The notes: a model not told the origin generated them from the sequence alone. A stretch of 64,000 bases of DNA from Candidatus Methylomirabilia bacterium (GCA_041496385.1 JBGQEL010000001.1:1-64000); one strand, 5' to 3'. Counted from the stretch's first letter, positions 35,363-48,025 are shown. Made by a program: numbers and translations.

Positions 35363-37627
35363 CTAGAACGGCGTGCCGACCGAGAAATGAAACGCGCCGA
35401 AATCCTCGCCCGTCTTCCGGTCGAGGTTGATGCCGTAGTCGACCCGGATGGGGCCGAAGGGGGACTGCCAGCGAAAGCCGGCACCCGCCGCCTTGCGGAG
35501 CGTCGAGAGGTCGAAATCGTTGCCGAAGCCGTAGACCTGGCCGATGTCGAAGAAGCCCGCGAGCCGGATGCCGAAGATGACCGGCACGAGATACTCGACG
35601 TTGCCGAGAACCTCGGTCGAGCCGCCGATGAGGACTCCGTTCTCGTCCTTGGGAGCGAGCTCGCGGAACTTGAAGCTCCGAACCGAGTTCGGCCCGCCGA
35701 GGTAGAACCGCTCGAACAGCGGCAGCGGGTCCTTCGACCAGCCGAAGCCATAGCCGCCCTCGACGCGGCCGCCCAGGATGTGACCGAGCCAGATGGGCTG
35801 ATACCGGGTCGCGAAGACGATCGTCTTCACGTAGCGAGAGTCGCCGCCCAGACCGGCGAACTCGGTGGACAGGTTGATCTGGCCGCCCCGCGTCGGCGTG
35901 GTGACGGAGTCGCGATCGTCCCGTCCCACGCTGGCCGACACCAGCGAGGTGACGCGGGTGCCCGCCTGCTCCTGGAGCGCCGGTGTGGCGAGAACCGTGA
36001 GGTCCGTGACCTTGTCGCGCGAGGCACGGTACCCCAGGTTCCAGCGCCAGTACTCCTCGAACGGATGGCCCAGGCGAAGCCCGGCACCGAGCGAGTTGTA
36101 GCGGTACTCCGTGTACCGCCGGTCCGTGCTGAACAGGTCGAAGCCCGCCGACAGCGGGCGGTCGAGGAACCACGGGTCCGTGAAGCTGATCACGCCCTGC
36201 ATGGTGTTGGCGCCGGCGCGGAGGCGCGCCGAGGCCTCCCATCCGCGGCCGAGGAAGTTGCGCTGCGCGAGGTCGATGCTGCCGATGAAGGAATCGACGG
36301 AGGAGTACCCGCCGCCGAGACTGAAGAGACCGGTCGGACGCTCGGTCACGTCCACGTTGACGATGATCCGCGTCTTGTCCGAGCCCGGCTGCGTCGTCAC
36401 CTCCACCTTCTCGAAATAGCCGAGGTTCGCCAATCGCTGGCGGGCGCGCTCGCGCTTCTGCAGCGTGTAGAGATCGCCCTCGTGGAGAGGGATCTCGCGC
36501 CGGAGGATCTTGTCCTGGCTCCGGACGTTGCCGGTGATGTTGATGCGCTCGACGTACACCTCGGGCCCTTCGATGATGTCGAAGGCCACGTTATAGAGGT
36601 TCTGCCCGGGGACCTGATCGGTCCTCGGCGCGACGTCGGCCGAGGCCCGGCCGATGGTGCTGTACAGGTTCTCGATGTTCTTGGCGCTGTCGCGGATCGC
36701 GGAGCGCGAGAAGAGATCGCCGCTCTTGAAGCGGACCTGCCGCATGATCTCCTTCTCGGGCAGGAGCGTGACGCCCACGGCCTTGACCTCGGCGACCCGG
36801 AACTGGGGCCCCTCGACGATCGTGAACGTGACGGTCACGAGCGCCCGCTCGCGGTCGACCTGGACGTCGGTCGCGTCGACGCGCGCCTGGACGTAGCCGT
36901 AGTCGTTGTACAGCGCGATGATCCGCTCGACGTCCTCGTCGAGCCGCTGCCGCTGCACCTTGCCGCGGAGGATGTAGAACTGCCGCTCGCGCGTCGCGAG
37001 GTTGTCCTTGAGGAGCTGGTCCTTGAGGCCCGCGTTGCCCTTGAACAGGATCCGATCGATCTTGATCTGCCGCCCCTCGACGATGCTGAAGGCGATTCGC
37101 ACGTCGCCGTCGGCGAACTTCTCGACGCTGGGCGTGATCTGGACCTCGAAGTACCCTTCGTCCTCGTAGTAGTCCCGCAGCTTCTGGACGGCGGTCTGGA
37201 CGTCCACGGGGTTGTAGACGCTCCCGAGCTTGATGTCGATCTTCTCCTGGAGCTCCGTCCGGTTGGAGGACTTGTTGCCCACGAAATCGACGTCACGCAC
37301 GAAGGGCCGCTCGGTCACGACGAAGGTGACCTTGACGCCGCCCTCGAAGTCCTCGACCTTGAGCTGAACGTCGTCGAAGAACCCCAGGCTGAAGATCGCG
37401 CGAATGTCGTCGGACAGGAGCGCGGGGTTGAACGGCGAGCCGATCGTGCTCTTCACGCGTCCGAGGATGACGGCCTCCTGGACGCGCTTCGCGCCCTCGA
37501 CGGCGAGCTCCCGGATGGGGATGGGACGCTGCTGGGCCGGCGCCTGCGCCGCAGCGGCGCCGTAATCGAGGAGGGCGAGCACGACGGCGACGACAAGGGT
37601 CAGACGGACTCGGGCCGTTGTCGTCAC
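35363..37627 (-). CDS. bamA: Outer membrane protein assembly factor BamA
   Basis: Signal peptide, POTRA repeats (GFFDDV, GYFE, GYFEKV), NFLGRG, FYLGGPNSVRSF, SPFGPIR, C-terminal F. Confidence 0.96.
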   Translation of the reverse strand: MTTTARVRLTLVVAVVLALLDYGAAAAQAPAQQRPIPIRELAVEGAKRVQEAVILGRVKSTIGSPFNPALLSDDIRAIFSLGFFDDVQLKVEDFEGGVKVTFVVTERPFVRDVDFVGNKSSNRTELQEKIDIKLGSVYNPVDVQTAVQKLRDYYEDEGYFEVQITPSVEKFADGDVRIAFSIVEGRQIKIDRILFKGNAGLKDQLLKDNLATRERQFYILRGKVQRQRLDEDVERIIALYNDYGYVQARVDATDVQVDRERALVTVTFTIVEGPQFRVAEVKAVGVTLLPEKEIMRQVRFKSGDLFSRSAIRDSAKNIENLYSTIGRASADVAPRTDQVPGQNLYNVAFDIIEGPEVYVERINITGNVRSQDKILRREIPLHEGDLYTLQKRERARQRLANLGYFEKVEVTTQPGSDKTRIIVNVDVTERPTGLFSLGGGYSSVDSFIGSIDLAQRNFLGRGWEASARLRAGANTMQGVISFTDPWFLDRPLSAGFDLFSTDRRYTEYRYNSLGAGLRLGHPFEEYWRWNLGYRASRDKVTDLTVLATPALQEQAGTRVTSLVSASVGRDDRDSVTTPTRGGQINLSTEFAGLGGDSRYVKTIVFATRYQPIWLGHILGGRVEGGYGFGWSKDPLPLFERFYLGGPNSVRSFKFRELAPKDENGVLIGGSTEVLGNVEYLVPVIFGIRLAGFFDIGQVYGFGNDFDLSTLRKAAGAGFRWQSPFGPIRVDYGINLDRKTGEDFGAFHFSVGTPF

Positions 37628-37656
37628 CGGACTCTCAGGAGTGTGCGGACAGTGTC

Positions 37657-40104
37657 CTAGTGCTCTGCAAGCTCGAGCGGCGCTTCGACGACCTGCGCCT
37701 CGCGGAAGACGAAATTCGCCCCGTCGACGTCGACCTCGATCCGGGCGTGCTCCGCGACCTGGCCCCTCACGATCGCCTCGGCCAGGGGATCCTCGATGTG
37801 CTTCTGGATCGTCCGCCTGAGCTGCCGAGCGCCATACGTCGGGTCGTAGCCCTTCTCCACGAGCGCCGCCTCGGCCGCGGGAGTCAGTACGAGCTCGATG
37901 CCCTTGTCGGAGAGCTGCTTGTTGATCCGGCCGATCATGAGCCGGATGATCTGCGTGATGTGCTCGAGCGCGAGGGCGTGGAACACGATGATGTCGTCGA
38001 TCCGGTTCAGGAACTCCGGGCGGAACGCGCGCTTGAGCTCCTCCAAGACGCGGTCTTTCATCTTCTCGTAGGACGACTCGTCCGACTCCTGCAGGAACCC
38101 CGGCGAGATGCGCTTGCCGATCAGGCTCGTGCCGAGATTGGAGGTCATGATCAGGATCGTGTTCTTGAAGTCCACGACGTGCCCCAGCGAGTCGCTGAGT
38201 CGTCCGTCATCGAGCACCTGGAGCAGCATGTTGAAGACGTCGGGGTGCGCCTTCTCGATCTCGTCGAACAGCACGACCGAGTACGGGCGTCGCCGCACCT
38301 TCTCGGTCAGGAAGCCGCCCTCCTCGTAGCCCACATAACCGGGGGGCGCCCCGAGGAGCCTGGAGATCGAGAACTTCTCCATGTACTCGGACATGTCGAC
38401 CCGGATCAGCGCGTTCTCGTCGCCGAAGAGGTACTCGGCGAGCGCGCGCGCCAACTCGGTCTTTCCGACGCCCGTCGGACCCAGGAACACGAACGAGCCG
38501 ACCGGGCGCTTGGCGTCCTTCAGGCCCGCCCGCGAGCGTCGAATCGCGCGTGACACGGCGGCCACGGCGGCGTCCTGGCCGATGATCCGGCCGTGGAGGG
38601 CCTCTTCCATCCGCGCGAGCTTCTCGGACTCTTTTTCCTCGAGCTTCGAGAGCGGGATGCCCGTCCAGCGGGACACGATGAACTCGATGTCCTCCTCCTC
38701 GACGGACTGGGTCCCCTTCCCCTTGTTCTTCTCCCACTCCCGCTTGAGCTCCTCCTCGCGGTGCCGGAGTACCTTTTCCTTCTCGCGCAGCGACGCCGCC
38801 TTCTCGAACTCCTGCGCCTCGAGGTACATGTCCTTCTCGCGGATCACGCGCTCGAGCTCCTTCTCGATCTCCTTGAGCTCGGGGGGCGGCGTGAGCGCCA
38901 TGAGCCGGGTCCGGGACGACGCCTCGTCGATCACGTCAATCGCCTTGTCCGGAAGCTGTCTGTCCGTGATGTACCGGTCGGCCAGATGGACCGCGGCATT
39001 GATCGCCTGCTCGGTGATCTTGACCCGGTGATGCGCCTCGTACTTGTGGCGCAGCCCCCGGATGATCTCGATGGCTTCCGGAACCGACGGCGCCTTGACG
39101 ATCACGGGCTGGAATCGGCGCTCGAGCGCGCCGTCCTTTTCGATGTACTTCCGGTACTCGTCGAGCGTGGTCGCGCCGATCGTCTGGATCTCGCCGCGGG
39201 AGAGCGCGGGCTTGAGCATGTTCGACGCGTCGATCGCTCCCTCGGCCGCGCCGGCGCCGATCAGCGTGTGGAGCTCGTCGAGGAAGAGCACGACGTTCTC
39301 CGACTGCCGGATCTCCTTCATGACCGCCTTCAGGCGCTCCTCGAACTGGCCGCGGTACTTGGTGCCTGCGACGAGCGCACCGAGGTCGAGCTGCAGGAGG
39401 CGTTTGTTGACGAGGACGTCTGGCACGTCGTGGCTGACGATCTTCTGCGCGAGTCCTTCCACGATCGCCGTCTTGCCGACCCCCGGCTCGCCGATGAGGA
39501 CCGGGTTGTTCTTGGTGCGCCGGGCGAGAATCTGGATGACGCGCTCGATCTCCTGCTCGCGCCCGATCACCGGGTCCAGCTTGCTTTCGCGGGCGAGCTG
39601 CGTGAGGTCACGGGCGAACTCGTCGAGGACGGGAGTCTGCGAGCGCTTCTTGGGCCTCGGGTAGTACTGGTCACCGAGGAGAGCCAGCGTCTCCTGCCGG
39701 ACCTCGTCCAGACGGGCGCCGAGCGACTCGAGAATCTTCGCCGCGATAGACTGGCCCTCTTTCATCAGCCCGAGGAGCAGGTGCTCTGTGCCGATGTAGT
39801 TGTGGCCGAGCTGCCGTGCCTCTTCAATGGAGAGCTCGAGGACCCGCTTGGCCTGCGGGGTGAAGGGAACCTCACCGAACGTCAGCGTTTTGGGGAAGCC
39901 TGCCAGGGCCCGCTCGACCTCTGCCTTGACCGTCTCGAGCCGGAGCCCGAGGCGCTGCAGCACGGCGGTCGCGATGCCCTCGCCGTCCCGGATCAGGCCG
40001 AGCAGGACGTGTTCCGTGCCGACGAAATCGTGCCGAAAGCGGCCTGCTTCCTCGCGAGCCAGAATGATGACCCGTCGTGCCCGTTCGGTGAATCGTTCAA
40101 ACAC
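37657..40104 (-). CDS. clpC: ATP-dependent Clp protease ATPase subunit ClpC
   Basis: GTG 40104 [10 protein letters not shown]; two Clp_N repeats (GTEH), Walker A GEPGVGKT and [11 protein letters not shown] middle domain ([11 protein letters not shown]). Confidence 0.95.
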   Translation of the reverse strand: MFERFTERARRVIILAREEAGRFRHDFVGTEHVLLGLIRDGEGIATAVLQRLGLRLETVKAEVERALAGFPKTLTFGEVPFTPQAKRVLELSIEEARQLGHNYIGTEHLLLGLMKEGQSIAAKILESLGARLDEVRQETLALLGDQYYPRPKKRSQTPVLDEFARDLTQLARESKLDPVIGREQEIERVIQILARRTKNNPVLIGEPGVGKTAIVEGLAQKIVSHDVPDVLVNKRLLQLDLGALVAGTKYRGQFEERLKAVMKEIRQSENVVLFLDELHTLIGAGAAEGAIDASNMLKPALSRGEIQTIGATTLDEYRKYIEKDGALERRFQPVIVKAPSVPEAIEIIRGLRHKYEAHHRVKITEQAINAAVHLADRYITDRQLPDKAIDVIDEASSRTRLMALTPPPELKEIEKELERVIREKDMYLEAQEFEKAASLREKEKVLRHREEELKREWEKNKGKGTQSVEEEDIEFIVSRWTGIPLSKLEEKESEKLARMEEALHGRIIGQDAAVAAVSRAIRRSRAGLKDAKRPVGSFVFLGPTGVGKTELARALAEYLFGDENALIRVDMSEYMEKFSISRLLGAPPGYVGYEEGGFLTEKVRRRPYSVVLFDEIEKAHPDVFNMLLQVLDDGRLSDSLGHVVDFKNTILIMTSNLGTSLIGKRISPGFLQESDESSYEKMKDRVLEELKRAFRPEFLNRIDDIIVFHALALEHITQIIRLMIGRINKQLSDKGIELVLTPAAEAALVEKGYDPTYGARQLRRTIQKHIEDPLAEAIVRGQVAEHARIEVDVDGANFVFREAQVVEAPLELAEH

Positions 40105-40183
40105 TGGCTTTCCCCCACCCCTCCCCAAGCCGCCGGAGCGCAAATTTTCTTTCGGCGACGGCTAGTTAGTGAACTACGCGCTC

Positions 40184-40189
40184 AGTATA
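40184..40189 (-). promoter_or_regulatory. Putative -10 box (TATACT) of clpC
   Basis: Near-consensus hexamer in an AT-richer gap about 80 nt upstream of the clpC start; -35 weak. Confidence 0.45.
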
Positions 40190-40249
40190 GCCCACGGTCT
40201 TGGTGCCTGCTAGCCTTTTTCTTCACGAGCGAGTAAATCCGTGAAACCC

Positions 40250-40936
40250 TTACTCGATCTCCCGGGCGCGGCCCTCGACGAGCCGGTAGCTCCGCTCGGC
40301 GCGCCGCGCCAGGTCGGGATTGTGGGTCGCGACGAGGAAGGCAATCCCCCGTTCGGCCTGCAGTCGAAGGAAGAGATCGTAGATCACCTCACTGGTCTTC
40401 GGGTCCAGGTTTCCTGTCGGCTCGTCGGCGAGGATGAGCTTTGGCGCGTTGACGAGGGCCCGCGCAATGGCCACCCGCTGCTGCTCGCCACCCGAGAGCT
40501 CGCCCGGGCGGTGGTGGACCCGGTCGCCGAGGCCGACCTCGGCCAGCGCAGCGGTCGCGAGCTTCCGCGCCTCCTCCGTCGGCCGCCGCACCAGAAGCGC
40601 CGGGATCATCGCGTTCTCGAGTGCGCTCATCTCACCCAGCAGGTTGTAGAATTGGAAGACGAACCCGACATCCAGCCGCCGGTAGCGCACGAGGCCCGCC
40701 TCGCCGCGGGCGAAAAGGTCCTCTCCGAGGAACAGCACGCGCCCGGCCGTCGGCCGATCCAGGGCGCCCAGCAGGTGGAGCAGCGTCGACTTGCCGACGC
40801 CCGACGCCCCGACGAGGGCCACGATTTCGCCGGGCCCGATGGTCACGCTGGCCCCACGCAGGACGCGGACGACCTCGGGGCCGGAGCGATACTCCTTTTC
40901 CACCTCATCCGCCACCAGGAGCGCCGCCCGGCTCAT
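40250..40936 (-). CDS. lolD: Lipoprotein-releasing ABC transporter ATPase
   Basis: [36 protein letters not shown]. Confidence 0.92.
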   Translation of the reverse strand: MSRAALLVADEVEKEYRSGPEVVRVLRGASVTIGPGEIVALVGASGVGKSTLLHLLGALDRPTAGRVLFLGEDLFARGEAGLVRYRRLDVGFVFQFYNLLGEMSALENAMIPALLVRRPTEEARKLATAALAEVGLGDRVHHRPGELSGGEQQRVAIARALVNAPKLILADEPTGNLDPKTSEVIYDLFLRLQAERGIAFLVATHNPDLARRAERSYRLVEGRAREIE

Positions 40937-40966
40937 CGGTGGATCCGTCTCGACGCTCGGCGCGCG

Positions 40967-42195
40967 TCACTCATATCGCAGCACGTCGACGGGATCGAGA
41001 AGGCCCGCGCGGCGGGCGGGAATGATCGTCGCGAGGAACGAGAGGAAGAGCGTCGCTCCGATGACCATGAGCGCGTCGCCGAGTGTCAGCTTCATCGGCA
41101 GGTAGCTGATCTGGTAGACGTCGCTCGCGAGCTTGATGACCTTGTAGGTGTTCTGTGCCCAGATGAGCCCGAGGCCGAGCGCGCTCCCGGCGAGCGTGCC
41201 GGCCACGCCGATCGTCATTCCGACCGTGAAGAACACCACCGTGATGCTCTGACTCGAGGCGCCGATCGCCTTCAGGACGCCGATCTCCTTCCGTTTCTCG
41301 GCGACGAGAAGGACGAGGTGCCCGATGATCGCGAAGGCGGCGACGAGGATGATGATCGTCACGATGACGAAGAGCGCCAGCTTTTCGAGCTGCAGCGCGG
41401 CGAAGAGACTCCGGTTCATGTCCATCCAGTCGCGCACCCAGTACGGGTAGCCGAGGTCCGTGGCCACCGCGCGCCCCACCCGCTTGGCGTCGAAGGGATC
41501 CTTGAGCTTCACCTCGATGCCGCTGGCCCCACGGAGCCCGGCGAACTCACGGGCGGCGGGGAGCGACAGGTACGCGAGCGAGGAGTCGAGCTCGTACATG
41601 CCGAGCTCGAACGTGCCGGCGACCGTGTAGCGCCGCATCCGGGGCACCATGCCGACGGCCGTCAACGCCCCCTCCGGGGAGATGACCGTGACCTGGTCCC
41701 CCTCGGCAACACCCAGCGCGCGCGCGAGCTCCCGCCCGAGGAGGATCCCCGGCGCGCCGTCGGCGAGCGGCGCCGCGCTCCCGCTCCGGAGCTGCGCCTG
41801 CAGATCCTCACGGACCGCGGGGGTCCCGAGGTCGATACCGCGTACCAGGCCGCCGCGCGCGCCGCCGCCGGGCGTGGTGAAGAGGGCCTGCTGATGGACG
41901 AACGGCGTCGCCGCGCGCACGCCGGGAATTTTCGCGATTCGCGCCGCCATCGTCCCCGCATCGGTCAGTCCGTCGCGCCCCGAGTGAAAGACGAGCAGGT
42001 GCGGGTTGGCCGCGATGATCCGGTCGCGGATTCCCTCCTGGAAGCCCGTCATGGTGGCGAGCACGACGATGAGCGCCGCGACCCCCAGGAACACCCCCCC
42101 GACGCCGATCCAGACGAAGAGCGACAGGTTCGCGCGCTGGCCCCGCGCGCGCAGGTATCGGAGCCCCATGAAGACCTCGAAGGGCATCCCCCGCT

Positions 42196-42199
<4 letters not shown>
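40967..42199 (-). CDS. lolE: Lipoprotein-releasing ABC transporter permease (single LolC/E-family gene)
   Basis: GLRYLRA, GVAALIVVLATMTGF, GMYELD, DWMDMNRSLFAALQLEK, DPVDVLRYE. Confidence 0.9.
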
Positions 42200-43703
<1,504 letters not shown>

Positions 43704-43704
<1 letters not shown>

Positions 43705-44808
43705 CACACCTGGGACCCACGGGACCACAGCAGATAGGCATTGATCAGCGCGTCGAGGTCGCCGTCCATGACGGCCTCGACGTTGCCGATCTCGAGCCCC
43801 GTCCGATGGTCCTTGACGAGCTGGTACGGGTGGAAGGTATAGGACCGGATCTGGCTGCCGAACGCGATCTCCTTCTTCTCGCCGGTCAGCTCCGCGAGCG
43901 TCTCGCGCTGCTTCTTCTCCGCGATCTCGTAAAGCCGTGCCTTGAGGATCCGCAGCGCCGTGTCGCGATTCCGGAGCTGCGATCGTTCGTTCTGGCACGT
44001 GACCACGATCCCCGTCGGAAGGTGCGTGATCCGAACGGCGGAGTCGGCGGTGTTGACCCCCTGCCCGCCCGGCCCCGACGCGCGGAAGACGTCCACACGT
44101 AGATCGTCCTCGCGGATCGTGACCTCGACGTCGTCGACCTCGGGCACGACGGCCACCGAGGCGAAGCTCGTCTGACGACGGCGCGAGGCGTCGAAGGGCG
44201 AGATCCTGACGAGCCGGTGGACCCCGGTCTCACCGCGGAGATAGCCGAAGGCGTAGTCGCCCGTGACCTCCACCGTCGCCGACTTGATGCCCGCCTCGTC
44301 GCCCGGCAGCAGGTCGACGACCTCGGCCTTGAGGTCGTGGCGTTCGCACCATCGGAGGTACATGCGCAGGAGCATCTGCGCCCAGTCCTGCGACTCCGTA
44401 CCGCCGGCGCCCGGATGGATCGACACGATCGCCGCCTTCGAGTCATGCGGGCCCGACAGCATCACCTTCAGCGCGAACTCATCGAGGTCGGCGCGGAGCT
44501 TCGCGGCGCCCTCGACGATCTCGGCATCCAGGCTGTCGTCGCCCGCCTCGGCGGCGAGCTCGAGCATCACACCGAGCTCTTCGGCGCGCGTCGTCAGCTC
44601 GTTCACACGCGTGATGGTGCGCGCGGCCTCGGTGCGCTCACGGAGCAACTCCTGTGCGCGGCGGTTGTCCTCCCAGAAGGCGGGCGACGCCATCTCCGCG
44701 TCGAGCGCGGCGAGCCGCTGCTTCTTCCCCGCGATGTCAAAGATGCCCCCGGAGCTCGCTGACGCGCGCGACCAGCTCGGCGACCTCGCGCTTGAGCTCG
44801 CCGGGCAT
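43704..44808 (-). CDS. prfB: Peptide chain release factor 2 with programmed +1 frameshift: join(44740..44808,43704..44738)
   Basis: SPF and GGQ motifs; 23-codon ORF1 ends CGGGGG-CAT-CTT-TGA-C. Confidence 0.97.
44736..44751 (-). promoter_or_regulatory. RF2 autoregulatory +1 frameshift cassette
   Basis: Internal SD-like CGGGGG, 3-nt spacer, CTT TGA C. Confidence 0.95.
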
Positions 44809-46322
44809 CAGGCGTTCCCGCGGCGCGCGCCGGCCCAGAGCGCGCCCGCGGAGATCGCGAGCGACAGATAGGCGAGCCACTCGCCGAAGCGCGTGTAGAT
44901 GGTCCGACCGGAACGCAGCGGCACGCGCTCGGATGCGGTGCCGCGGCGGAAGAGCGTGAGCCGGCGGAGGATCTGGCCGCTCGGCGCGATGATCGCCGAG
45001 ACGCCGGTGTTCGCGGCGCGAACGACGGCGATGCGATGCTCCACCGCGCGGAACGGGTACATGGCGAGATGCTGCCACGGGCCGTCCGTGCGGCCGAACC
45101 AGCCGTCGTTCGTCATGTTCACCATCAGCCGCGCTCCATCGTTGACGAATTCGCGCACGAGCTCGGGGAAGATTCCTTCGTAACAGATTACGACACCGAC
45201 GGGCGCGGGCGGGCCCGGGAATACCACGGTCCTCGCACCAGGCTCGAGCTCGGCGATGAACTCGGCCCAGTTCCTGACGAAACCGATCGCTCCCGACAGG
45301 GGCACGAACTCGCCGAACGGAACGAGATGCATCTTATCATATCGCCCCTCGATGCCGTTTCCGGTCAGCAGAAACGCGGTGTTATAGACCTTGGTCTTGG
45401 ACGTTCCTTCAACGTCGACCGAGCCGACCAGCAGCGGCGTCTGGAGCTCGCGCGACAACGCCGCGAGTTCGCCGATCAGATTCGGCTCCCGCCGGAGAAC
45501 GGCGGGCAGCGAGGTTTCCGGCCAGACGATCAGGTCCGGCCGCTCCGTGCCCGCACGCCGCGTGAGGGACGTCGCGATACCCAGGGTCGTGGCGGCGTAG
45601 TCCGGGTCCCACTTGAGTGGCTGGGCGATCGACGGCTGGACCACCGCCACGCGCAGCTCGCCCGGTGGCGGCGGCTCGGCCAGCCGGTGCGCACCGAACA
45701 GGAGCGTTGCGCCGACGAGTGTCGCCGCCACCGCGACGCCCGCCAGCGCGCGGCGCCACGGGAGGACCAGGCATCCGGCGATCGCGGCGTTGACGGCGAG
45801 TACGACGAACGACACGGCGTGGACGCCGCCGAGCTCCGCGATCTGGATGACCGGCAGCTTCAGGTACTGCGAGTAACCGAGCGTGCCCCACGGGAAGCCC
45901 CCCATGAGCCGCCCGCGGACCCATTCCCCCGCGACCCAGACGAACGGCGTCACGGCGAGCGCGAGCGTCGGCGAGCGACGCCGCGCGACGGACGACACCG
46001 CGGCGGCGAAGAGTCCTGCGTAGAGGCCGCAGTATGCAGCGAGGAGGGCGATGGGCCCCCAGGTGAGCGGCCAGGGGATCGCGCTGTAGACCCGAAAAGT
46101 GAAATCGAGCCAGCGAAGGAGCACCAGGAAGAAGGCGCTGCCGAAGAGCCAGCCCCAGCCCAGCGCAGCCCGCGGACCGCGGGACAACGCCGTCACGATC
46201 ACGGGCACCAGGACGACCCAGGCCACACCATTCCAGTCCGTGCGTGGAAACGCGAGAGCGAGGCCGAGGGCGCTCGCGGACAGGAGCAGCCCCAGGGCCA
46301 GGCTGTGACGGAGCCGCTCCAA
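44808..46322 (-). CDS. lnt: Apolipoprotein N-acyltransferase
   Basis: GFPWGTLGYSQ, WPET, YDKMHLVPFGE, ICYEG, TNDGWFG, ANTGVS. Confidence 0.96.
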   Translation of the reverse strand: MERLRHSLALGLLLSASALGLALAFPRTDWNGVAWVVLVPVIVTALSRGPRAALGWGWLFGSAFFLVLLRWLDFTFRVYSAIPWPLTWGPIALLAAYCGLYAGLFAAAVSSVARRRSPTLALAVTPFVWVAGEWVRGRLMGGFPWGTLGYSQYLKLPVIQIAELGGVHAVSFVVLAVNAAIAGCLVLPWRRALAGVAVAATLVGATLLFGAHRLAEPPPPGELRVAVVQPSIAQPLKWDPDYAATTLGIATSLTRRAGTERPDLIVWPETSLPAVLRREPNLIGELAALSRELQTPLLVGSVDVEGTSKTKVYNTAFLLTGNGIEGRYDKMHLVPFGEFVPLSGAIGFVRNWAEFIAELEPGARTVVFPGPPAPVGVVICYEGIFPELVREFVNDGARLMVNMTNDGWFGRTDGPWQHLAMYPFRAVEHRIAVVRAANTGVSAIIAPSGQILRRLTLFRRGTASERVPLRSGRTIYTRFGEWLAYLSLAISAGALWAGARRGNA

Positions 46323-46327
46323 GCCGA

Positions 46328-47053
46328 TCAGGCACCCCTCGACAGACGGTCCGACAGCAGGCGGGGCAACCCCCCCGCGAGGATTTTCCGCTGCGCGCGC
46401 TCCACGTCGTACGTCACGCGCCGGATCGCGATGCGGCCCTTCTCCATGTCCCAGAGCGCGTACGCTGCACGCGGGTCCCCGTCACGTGGCTGGCCGACGC
46501 TCCCGACGTTGACGAGGTAGCGGCGCCCCTGCTCCAGCGTCACGTCGACCGTTCCCGGAAGATACTCCGGCCCGGAAGAACCAAGGGACCAGACGGCCGG
46601 GACATGCGAGTGACCGACGAAGCACAGGCGGGTCGAGAAGGCGGGAAAGGCGTCGAGGCCGTCGCCGGCGGACACGAGATAGTCCCACTCGTCGGGTTCG
46701 CGGGGCGACGCGTGCACCAGCGTCGCGTCAGCCAGCTCGGCGGTCAGGGGCAACGCGGCCAGATAGCTCATGTGGTCCGTGTCCAGGCGCGTGCGGGTCC
46801 ACTCCGCCGCGGCCCTCGCGTACGGATTGAACCAGTCGAGGTCCAGGAGGCCGGCGACGCCGTGCTCGTGGTTGCCCGCCACGATCGTCGTCGCCCTCGT
46901 CGCGAGGAGCTCGACGCATGCCACCGGGTCGGCGCCGTAGCCCACGACGTCGCCGGTGCAGAGCACCGCATCGGCCCGCGCGGCCGTGTCATCGAGCACC
47001 GCCTCGAGTGCCTCGAGATTGCCGTGGATATCCGAGATCACCGCATACCGCAC
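46328..47053 (-). CDS. Calcineurin-like metallophosphoesterase
   Basis: SDIHGN, GDVVGYG, GNHE, HASP, GHSH, NVGSVGQPRDGDPRA. Confidence 0.92.
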   Translation of the reverse strand: MRYAVISDIHGNLEALEAVLDDTAARADAVLCTGDVVGYGADPVACVELLATRATTIVAGNHEHGVAGLLDLDWFNPYARAAAEWTRTRLDTDHMSYLAALPLTAELADATLVHASPREPDEWDYLVSAGDGLDAFPAFSTRLCFVGHSHVPAVWSLGSSGPEYLPGTVDVTLEQGRRYLVNVGSVGQPRDGDPRAAYALWDMEKGRIAIRRVTYDVERAQRKILAGGLPRLLSDRLSRGA

Positions 47054-47065
47054 GGGCCCCGCGCC

Positions 47066-47482
47066 TCAGGCCGTCGGGTGCAGGTCGCGATGGATCTTGT
47101 CGAGGACGCCGTTGATGAAGCGGCTCGACTCCTTCGTGCCGAACTTCTTGGAGATCTCGATCGCCTCGTTGATCGCCACCTTCGGCGGCACCTCGACCCC
47201 CCACAGGAGCTCGTAGACGGCCAGTCGCAGGATGTTCCGGTCCACGACGGCCATCCGGTCCAGGTCCCAATGCTCCGCGCAGTGTGCGATCGTCTGGTCG
47301 ATCTTCGCCTGGTGGGTCTTGGTGCCCCGGACCAGCGTCTCCGAGAAGCCACGTGCGTCCGCCGCCAGCGCATGGCGCGCCCAGAAATCACGCTCCCGCG
47401 CCGCCGGATCGTCCTCGGCGTGCACGTCCAGCTCGTAGAGGAACTGGAGCGCGACCTCCCTGGCCTTGCGTCGCTTGCCCAT
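47066..47482 (-). CDS. nusB: Transcription antitermination factor NusB
   Basis: RRKAREVALQFLY, DRNILRL, VAINEAIEISKKFG, FINGVLD. Confidence 0.96.
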   Translation of the reverse strand: MGKRRKAREVALQFLYELDVHAEDDPAARERDFWARHALAADARGFSETLVRGTKTHQAKIDQTIAHCAEHWDLDRMAVVDRNILRLAVYELLWGVEVPPKVAINEAIEISKKFGTKESSRFINGVLDKIHRDLHPTA

Positions 47483-48024
47483 CAGCGATCGTGGCCGCTG
47501 CGCGCGCGCGGCGACCGCGGGCCGCCCCTGCGCCCCGCCCGCCCGAGCTGCAGCGTGTGGATCCACTCGGCCATCTGCAGCGCGGCCTCGGCCGCCTCCT
47601 CCCCGCGGTTGCCCACCGCTCCGCCGGCCCGGTCCCACGCCTGGTCCTCGGTGAGCGCGGTGATCAGGCCGAAGGTCGCCGGGACGCCGGTCGTCAGCCC
47701 GACCTCGCGGATGCCGGCCGCCGCCTCGCGCGCGACGTGCTCGAAGTGCGGCGTCTGCCCCCGGATCACGACGCCCACGCAGACGATGCCGGCGTAACGT
47801 CCCGTGGCGGCCAGGAGGGCCGCCGCCTGCGGGAGCTCGAACGAGCCGGGCACCCAGTGGAGCTCCACGCGCTCGGCGCCGACCCGCGCCTCGCCGAACG
47901 CGGCGCGCGCGCCCTCGACCAGGCGCTCGGTGATGCGCTCGTTGAAGCGCGCCGCGACGATCGCGAAGCGCTCGGAGCGCTGCGCCGCGCGCGGCCGGCG
48001 TGCCTTCGGCGCGCGACCGGCCAT
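47482..48024 (-). CDS. ribH: 6,7-dimethyl-8-ribityllumazine synthase
   Basis: ARFNERIT, VPGSFELP, VIRGQTPHF, GNRGEEAA. Confidence 0.95.
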   Translation of the reverse strand: MAGRAPKARRPRAAQRSERFAIVAARFNERITERLVEGARAAFGEARVGAERVELHWVPGSFELPQAAALLAATGRYAGIVCVGVVIRGQTPHFEHVAREAAAGIREVGLTTGVPATFGLITALTEDQAWDRAGGAVGNRGEEAAEAALQMAEWIHTLQLGRAGRRGGPRSPRARSGHDR

Positions 48025-48025
48025 C

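Noticed and set aside
40216..40246. Hairpin TTCACG...CGTGAA after lolD as an intrinsic terminator
   Set aside because: On the transcribed strand it is followed by an A-run rather than a U-run, and the stem is weak.
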